A stretch of DNA of 63,949 nucleotides, filler included, from Pelomyxa schiedti (Eukaryota; Protista; Evosea): NCBI GenBank assembly GCA_020536535.1. It is 5 parts of 5 records of this genome, joined end to end, with 100 filler letters (N's around TTAATTAATTAA, not from the genome) between each part and the next. Parts side by side here need not be neighbours in the genome. Positions count along the whole stretch, not along the records: positions 55,659 to 61,876 come from JAHLWZ010000737.1; positions 61,977 to 63,949 come from JAHLWZ010002189.1; 3 more parts are not named here. The stretch is one strand, 5' to 3'. Below, piece by piece: positions 59,392 through 63,949 of the stretch. The notes beneath the pieces were generated by a model. The model was given only the letters and a program-made list of their open reading frames with translations, ran no database searches and was not told the DNA's origin. The position numbers and the translations under genes were made by a program. Numbering within the stretch: the first letter of the stretch is position 1; the number at the start of each line of letters is the position of its first letter.

Positions 59392-61081
59392 TCACTCCTT
59401 TGTTTCTCTCTTCCAGTATCCTGTTCCATACCTTGGTCAAGTCAAAAAAACAAAAACAAGTCAAGTGGGAGGGGATACACACAACATATCAGCACGAGGG
59501 TATTTCTCCCGCATCACAGGTCCACAATCTTTGCCCAGAGTGCACACAATCACTGACGAGTTGATAATCACACTGTGATCAGGTTCCTGTTCCACACAAA
59601 ATATGGCTTGTGAAAATTGGAAACGGAAAAGCAGGGAGACACACCTGAGGACCACCCTCAAGAACAAAGTTATAAAGGGTTCCAACATCGGCAACAACAC
59701 GCAACACAGCGTCCTTGTGATCACATGCCCGAACCCACTCCCCTGTTTCTGTGTGTGTTGTTTCGGTTTGTGGGTGGCTATTAGTCTCACTGTACGTTTT
59801 TTTGGTTAGTTTTATTTACATTATTAGCCGCGGTGTGTTTGGGTGGGTTGGTTGTTACCTCCACAATGTCCATCAACAGATTGTTGATGTTGATGTTGTT
59901 GCCACACAGGGTGGCCTGTTGTGAGTCCGATTCCATTGATGAATGCCAGCCGCATTGGGTTGGTTCTAGTGGATGACTGTATCAAGGCAACTGCGCGGCC
60001 CCGGTTGTTCTCGGTCATCACACAGTCTCCTGGTTGGATATTGCAAACTGTCCTGTGTGCTGTGAGTATGTGACCGTAATATGTATATAAAAACGTACAA
60101 AATAAGATAGTTTGTAGAGAAAAATGCGATGATGCAACAGAGAAGGAAGGAAGTTACTTTGTTGTGCCATCAGACATGAGAACTCTGCCATCGCCAAGGA
60201 AGCATGATGGGGGTTCCGGACCCTGTTGTGAGTGAGTGATGGTAAGTGGAGTGAGAAGAGTGAATGACACACGGTGTAATGTGAAACCGGACCGATCGGA
60301 ACCAACGGCGATGGATTCTTCCACGCCGGGATGCCTGTTTCGGGAAGGGTCAGGTCAACACAAGGAATTGTGCGTTGTTTGTTTATTTATTGGAGTGTGT
60401 GCGTACACAATGCCTTCAAGCCGGTTCCCCCGTGCAATTCAACGGGAAGGAATTTCTTCCACACTTCATCTTTGACACAGATGCAATATAATTCCTTTGA
60501 CACCTGTGACTCTCCCTGTTAAAAAAAACCCAATCGGGAATGGGAAAACTCACCGCTCCCAGCCGGCAAATGTCATCCGCCTCCAAGAATGAAATCACTT
60601 GCATCCAGCAGTCTGGCGGGAAAACCTGACATGCGGACAAGGTTCCACCATCACTTAGCGTGAGAGATGGTGCGAGTTTTGTGATGGTATTCTGCTCTTG
60701 CGCAGTCTCTGGAAAGAGTGATGGAGTGACTGAAATGCATCCATCATCCAATATCGCACTGGTCATTGACCGCCACATCCCACTTGTGACGATGATGTGA
60801 TTTCTCCACGCAGTGATCCCAAAAAACTTGGGGACAGTTAATATGGCAGAAGGAAACAGCTCACACAACCTCTCTCGAAGCGGGAGCCATTTGCATTTCC
60901 ATCTTCCTCCAGGTGAATGTGTTCGTGTCAAAACTGTTGTGTTGTTATTCGCCTACCGATAATATGTTGGCAGGGAAAACATACTGAAAAAACTCACATT
61001 GTGGGTTCGCGTTTGAAGAGCCAACGAACATGAAGGAGTCATTGTTCAACAAACACCCAGCGTGGCCTCTTTGGGGTGTTG
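59392..61081 (-). CDS. Kelch / F-box / Hint (Vint-type) protein, copy B; 5' part missing at the gap
   Basis: RGHAGCLLNNDSFMFVG; FDTNTFTWRKM..APASRE|FFGITAWRNHIIVTSG; F-box FPPDCWMQVISFLEADDICRLGA|VSKELYCICVKDEVWKK; splices in frame to IPAWKNP..HYT|GPEPPSCFLGDGRVLMSDG; TGA at 59392. Confidence 0.8.
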
Positions 61082-61181
61082 NNNNNNNNNNNNNNNNNNN
61101 NNNNNNNNNNNNNNNNNNNNNNNNNNNNNNNNNNNNNNNNNNNNNNNNNNNNNNNNNNNNNNNNNNNNNNNNNNNNNNNNN
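61082..61181. other. Scaffold gap (100 N)
   Basis: N run. Confidence 0.95.
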
Positions 61182-61876
61182 AATGCCTTCAAGCCGGTTC
61201 CCCCGTGCAATTCAACGGGAAGGAATTTCTTCCACACTTCATCTTTGACACAGATGCAATATAATTCCTTTGACACCTGTGACTCTCCCTGTTAAAAAAA
61301 ACTCAATCGGGAATGGGAAAACTCACCGCTCCCAGCCGGCAAATGTCATCCGCCTCCAAGAATGAAATCACTTGCATCCAGCAGTCTGGCGAGAAAACCT
61401 GACATGCGGACAAGGTTCCACCGTCACTGAGCGTGAAAGATGGTGCAAGTTTTGTGATGGTATTCTGCACTTGCGCAGTCTCTGGAAAGAGTGATGGAGT
61501 GACTGAAATGTATCCATCACCCAATACCGCACTGCTCATTGACCGATGCATCCCACTTGTGACGATGATGTGATTTCTCCACGCAGCGATTCCAAAGAAC
61601 TGGGAGAACGTAAATACCACGCAGATAAAAGAGGAAACAGCTCACACAACCTCTCTCGAAGCGGGAGCCATTTGCATTTCCATCTTCCTCCAGGTGAATG
61701 TGTTCGTGTCAAAACTGTTGTGTTGTTGTCGTCAACCGAAAATATGTTGGGTCAAGAAAACATACTGAAAAAACTCACATTGTGAGTTCGCGTTTGAAGA
61801 GCCAACGAACATGAAGGAGTCATTGTTCAACAAACACCCAGCGTGGCCTCTTTGGGGTGTTGGTGGTGTTCCACGG
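61182..61876 (-). CDS. Kelch + F-box segment; probably the misplaced middle of copy A, or a third copy
   Basis: Paralogous to 60409-61081; its first ~40 nt are identical to 57508-57547 at the edge of the other gap. Confidence 0.7.
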
Positions 61877-61976
61877 NNNNNNNNNNNNNNNNNNNNNNNN
61901 NNNNNNNNNNNNNNNNNNNNTTAATTAATTAANNNNNNNNNNNNNNNNNNNNNNNNNNNNNNNNNNNNNNNNNNNN
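61877..61976. other. Artificial contig linker
   Basis: N44-TTAATTAATTAA-N44. Confidence 0.97.
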
Positions 61977-61999
61977 GCCCAGTGTGGTGGTCATCAATG

Positions 62000-62361
62000 A
62001 GACTTCTGATGACTGTGCAGTTGTTGTCTTTTGGCAGTTAGAATGGAAAAGACACCGAACCACACCTCTGGTGGACATGGGGTGGCAGTTGGTTGTGTTG
62101 ACATGGAGTCATCTTGTGCACCCAGCACACTGTTCATTGCTTGACAGCAATGAATGAATGTGGGAAAGGAAAAATTCTTTTACCTGCTCTTCGTGCAGGT
62201 AATATTTGGATGGTGTGCCATGTGTGTCCATCATGGTATCGCCATTCATGCCCCTCACCTCTGTCGGCCAGGTGGTTGCGCATATATGTCAAGGATGCAG
62301 AGCACGTCCCACATACACAGCAATACTCTTGCACACTTGAATTTTTCTTGTGCCGCTTCAT
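62000..62361 (-). CDS. Possible first exon(s) of a Cys/His (zinc-binding?) protein running off the contig
   Basis: MKRHKK..YCCVCGTC..YMRNHL..GHEW, followed by a GT donor. Confidence 0.3.
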
Positions 62362-62551
62362 TTCTAACTAAATAAACTGCTTTTGTTACAAACATAAGTT
62401 TACCCCACTTATATTTTTAGAAGGTTACTCTTTGTCCACTGATATCAAGTAACAAACTTTTCTCCTGTGTTTTCTGAACCTAGAAATCGAAAGGTTTGAA
62501 CCAAAACAAAACCAAAAAAGCAAAACAGTAACCACACGTTACTCTGTGACG

Positions 62552-63900
62552 ATGGCATCCACCAACACACCTTCATTTTTAACTTTCTTTCATGCTCGCT
62601 CAAAGCTCCTGTCTGAACTTCAAGCTTGACAAGGCTGGAAACAAACTAATTCCACACATGTTCTACCATCATTGCGTCTCAAACTAGATGTCCAACAATT
62701 TGTAAAGGTGAGCTACTACATCATATCTATTCTTAGTTATTTGTAGGCTTATGTTTTCGTGAGTACCAAAGTCAAGGCTGCACCTACTGAGGGATCATGG
62801 CGGCGGAAAGACCTGATTCTATTTCTAAAGGAGAATTTGGAAGACGTTTTAGAGACCTACCATGCCTTGACTGTAAGTCTCTGTTCTGCTACTTTGTTTA
62901 ACCGTAATGTAGGGTCATTCAGCAGAACAGAACAATGTGGCCTCTGATTCCGATGATGGGACCACAGAAAGGCCAATTAGTTCACCTGTCTTGGACAACG
63001 TGCCAACACCTCCAAGCTCTACACATGAAACTCTTGATCCAACTACAGTTGTACCTCAGGCTGCCAGAAATTCCACCACCGAGGCAAACCATGGCCAAGG
63101 TTTTACTTTCCCTTTTTAATGGCCATTTAATAACCACTACCTAGGCATCCCTTTGAGTGTGACTGATGAAGTTTCCCCAGACAATAGAAATTTGTTTCGG
63201 CTCTTCCAGGCAGGTATAGGAGCACTTTCTGAGGAAGATGCCTCCAGGACAGCAACTGTATGTCTTAAGTTCGCAAATTTCAATTAAGTATTTTCAGCTT
63301 TCCAATGAAATCGCAGCTCTGCAGTCAACTGTAACAGCAAATACCACTTTGTTGTTGCAACAGCTGGAAAGCTTCAATGCCACAACCGCACCACGTATGG
63401 CTACCCTCTGTTGAAGCACACTAACTGGTTTAAAGCCATTATTCTGGCAGTTCAGAACACACCAGCACAGAAGATTCTCCGTGCCTGGGATAGTGCACTT
63501 AAGGTTTTCTTGTCCTGATGACTTTACACTCAGTTATATTAGGATGAACTTAGTTCCCGATTTGCTGATGATGAACCTCTGGGCTTGGGTGCCGATCCCC
63601 AAACTGAGCTACTGAGCCTCATTGACAAGATGGTCGATGACAATACCAGGATATTTCTTACCAAGAACCCTAGGGCTCAGGTTAACCTCTATGGATGCAA
63701 ATCAATCACTAACTTTCATCCAGGCCGATCTTATGCGTCATATTCAGTATAAGATCGCTCGATGGAATGAAAAGCGCAGAAGATCTCCAAAGAGAAGGTG
63801 CACAATTGTTTGCCGCTCTGAAAGCACCCGGCCCTGTGCACCACCACCAAGAGTGGATTGCCCACCCTCACAGGCATTACAGAGCTTTCTTAAGCTCTGA
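62552..63900 (+). pseudogene. Multi-exon unknown gene with an in-frame TGA in exon 1
   Basis: MASTNTPSF..SELQA*QGWKQ (TGA 62627-62629); clean gtgag..tag and gtaagt..tag introns keep the frame downstream. Confidence 0.5.
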
Positions 63901-63949
63901 GTACAATAAAAAAAACTTTTTCATTGAAAATTTCTTCCTTTCTGTGCCC

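Noticed and set aside
56431-60204. Classical splicing intein or homing element
   Set aside because: The Hint domain is C-terminal, intron-containing, and lacks a His-Asn/Ser-Thr-Cys junction, C-extein and endonuclease; it fits Vint/Hog-type cleavage domains
30951-61976. Recurring TTAATTAATTAA palindrome as a biological motif, and gene neighbourhoods across it
   Set aside because: Always centred in identical N padding: an artificial six-frame-stop linker. Adjacency across linkers carries no meaning
849-62629. Stop-codon reassignment or selenocysteine suggested by in-frame stops (849, 49193, 51465, 62627)
   Set aside because: The stops are mixed TAA/TGA and, where a paralog exists, align to different residues (Lys, Tyr). 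They co-occur with frameshifts, and TAA, TAG and TGA all terminate intact genes here

Overview
Eukaryotic genomic DNA with many short (~40-100 nt) GT-AG introns. Gene style and the expanded 'RDQFIAL..GRCG..SP' family suggest an amoebozoan, possibly Pelomyxa-like protist (inference, not tested). The window joins five contigs with artificial N44-TTAATTAATTAA-N44 linkers (30951, 43633, 55559, 61877) and has two 100-N scaffold gaps. Contig 1 has two outward-facing arrays of an intronless ~370-500 aa orphan family (conserved N-terminal box plus probable beta-propeller; two members end in CaaX-like motifs; several pseudogenes and fragments). The arrays flank an intron-rich core: GT32 glycosyltransferase, PARP1-like gene, unknown gene and G-alpha. 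Contig 2 has RCC1/coiled-coil, UBAC1-like and Myb/SANT genes. Contig 3 has a tandem pair of SAM-SAM/P-loop GTPase/RING/catalytically altered patatin genes. Contig 4 has the most striking feature, visible only after manual splicing: a duplicated gene encoding a degenerate Rho-like GTPase, Kelch repeats, an F-box and a C-terminal Vint-type Hint domain with intact Cys1 and TxxH, i.e. a putative self-cleaving SCF substrate receptor. Contig 5 has a stop-interrupted unknown gene. All exon joins were made by eye and no database searches were run.
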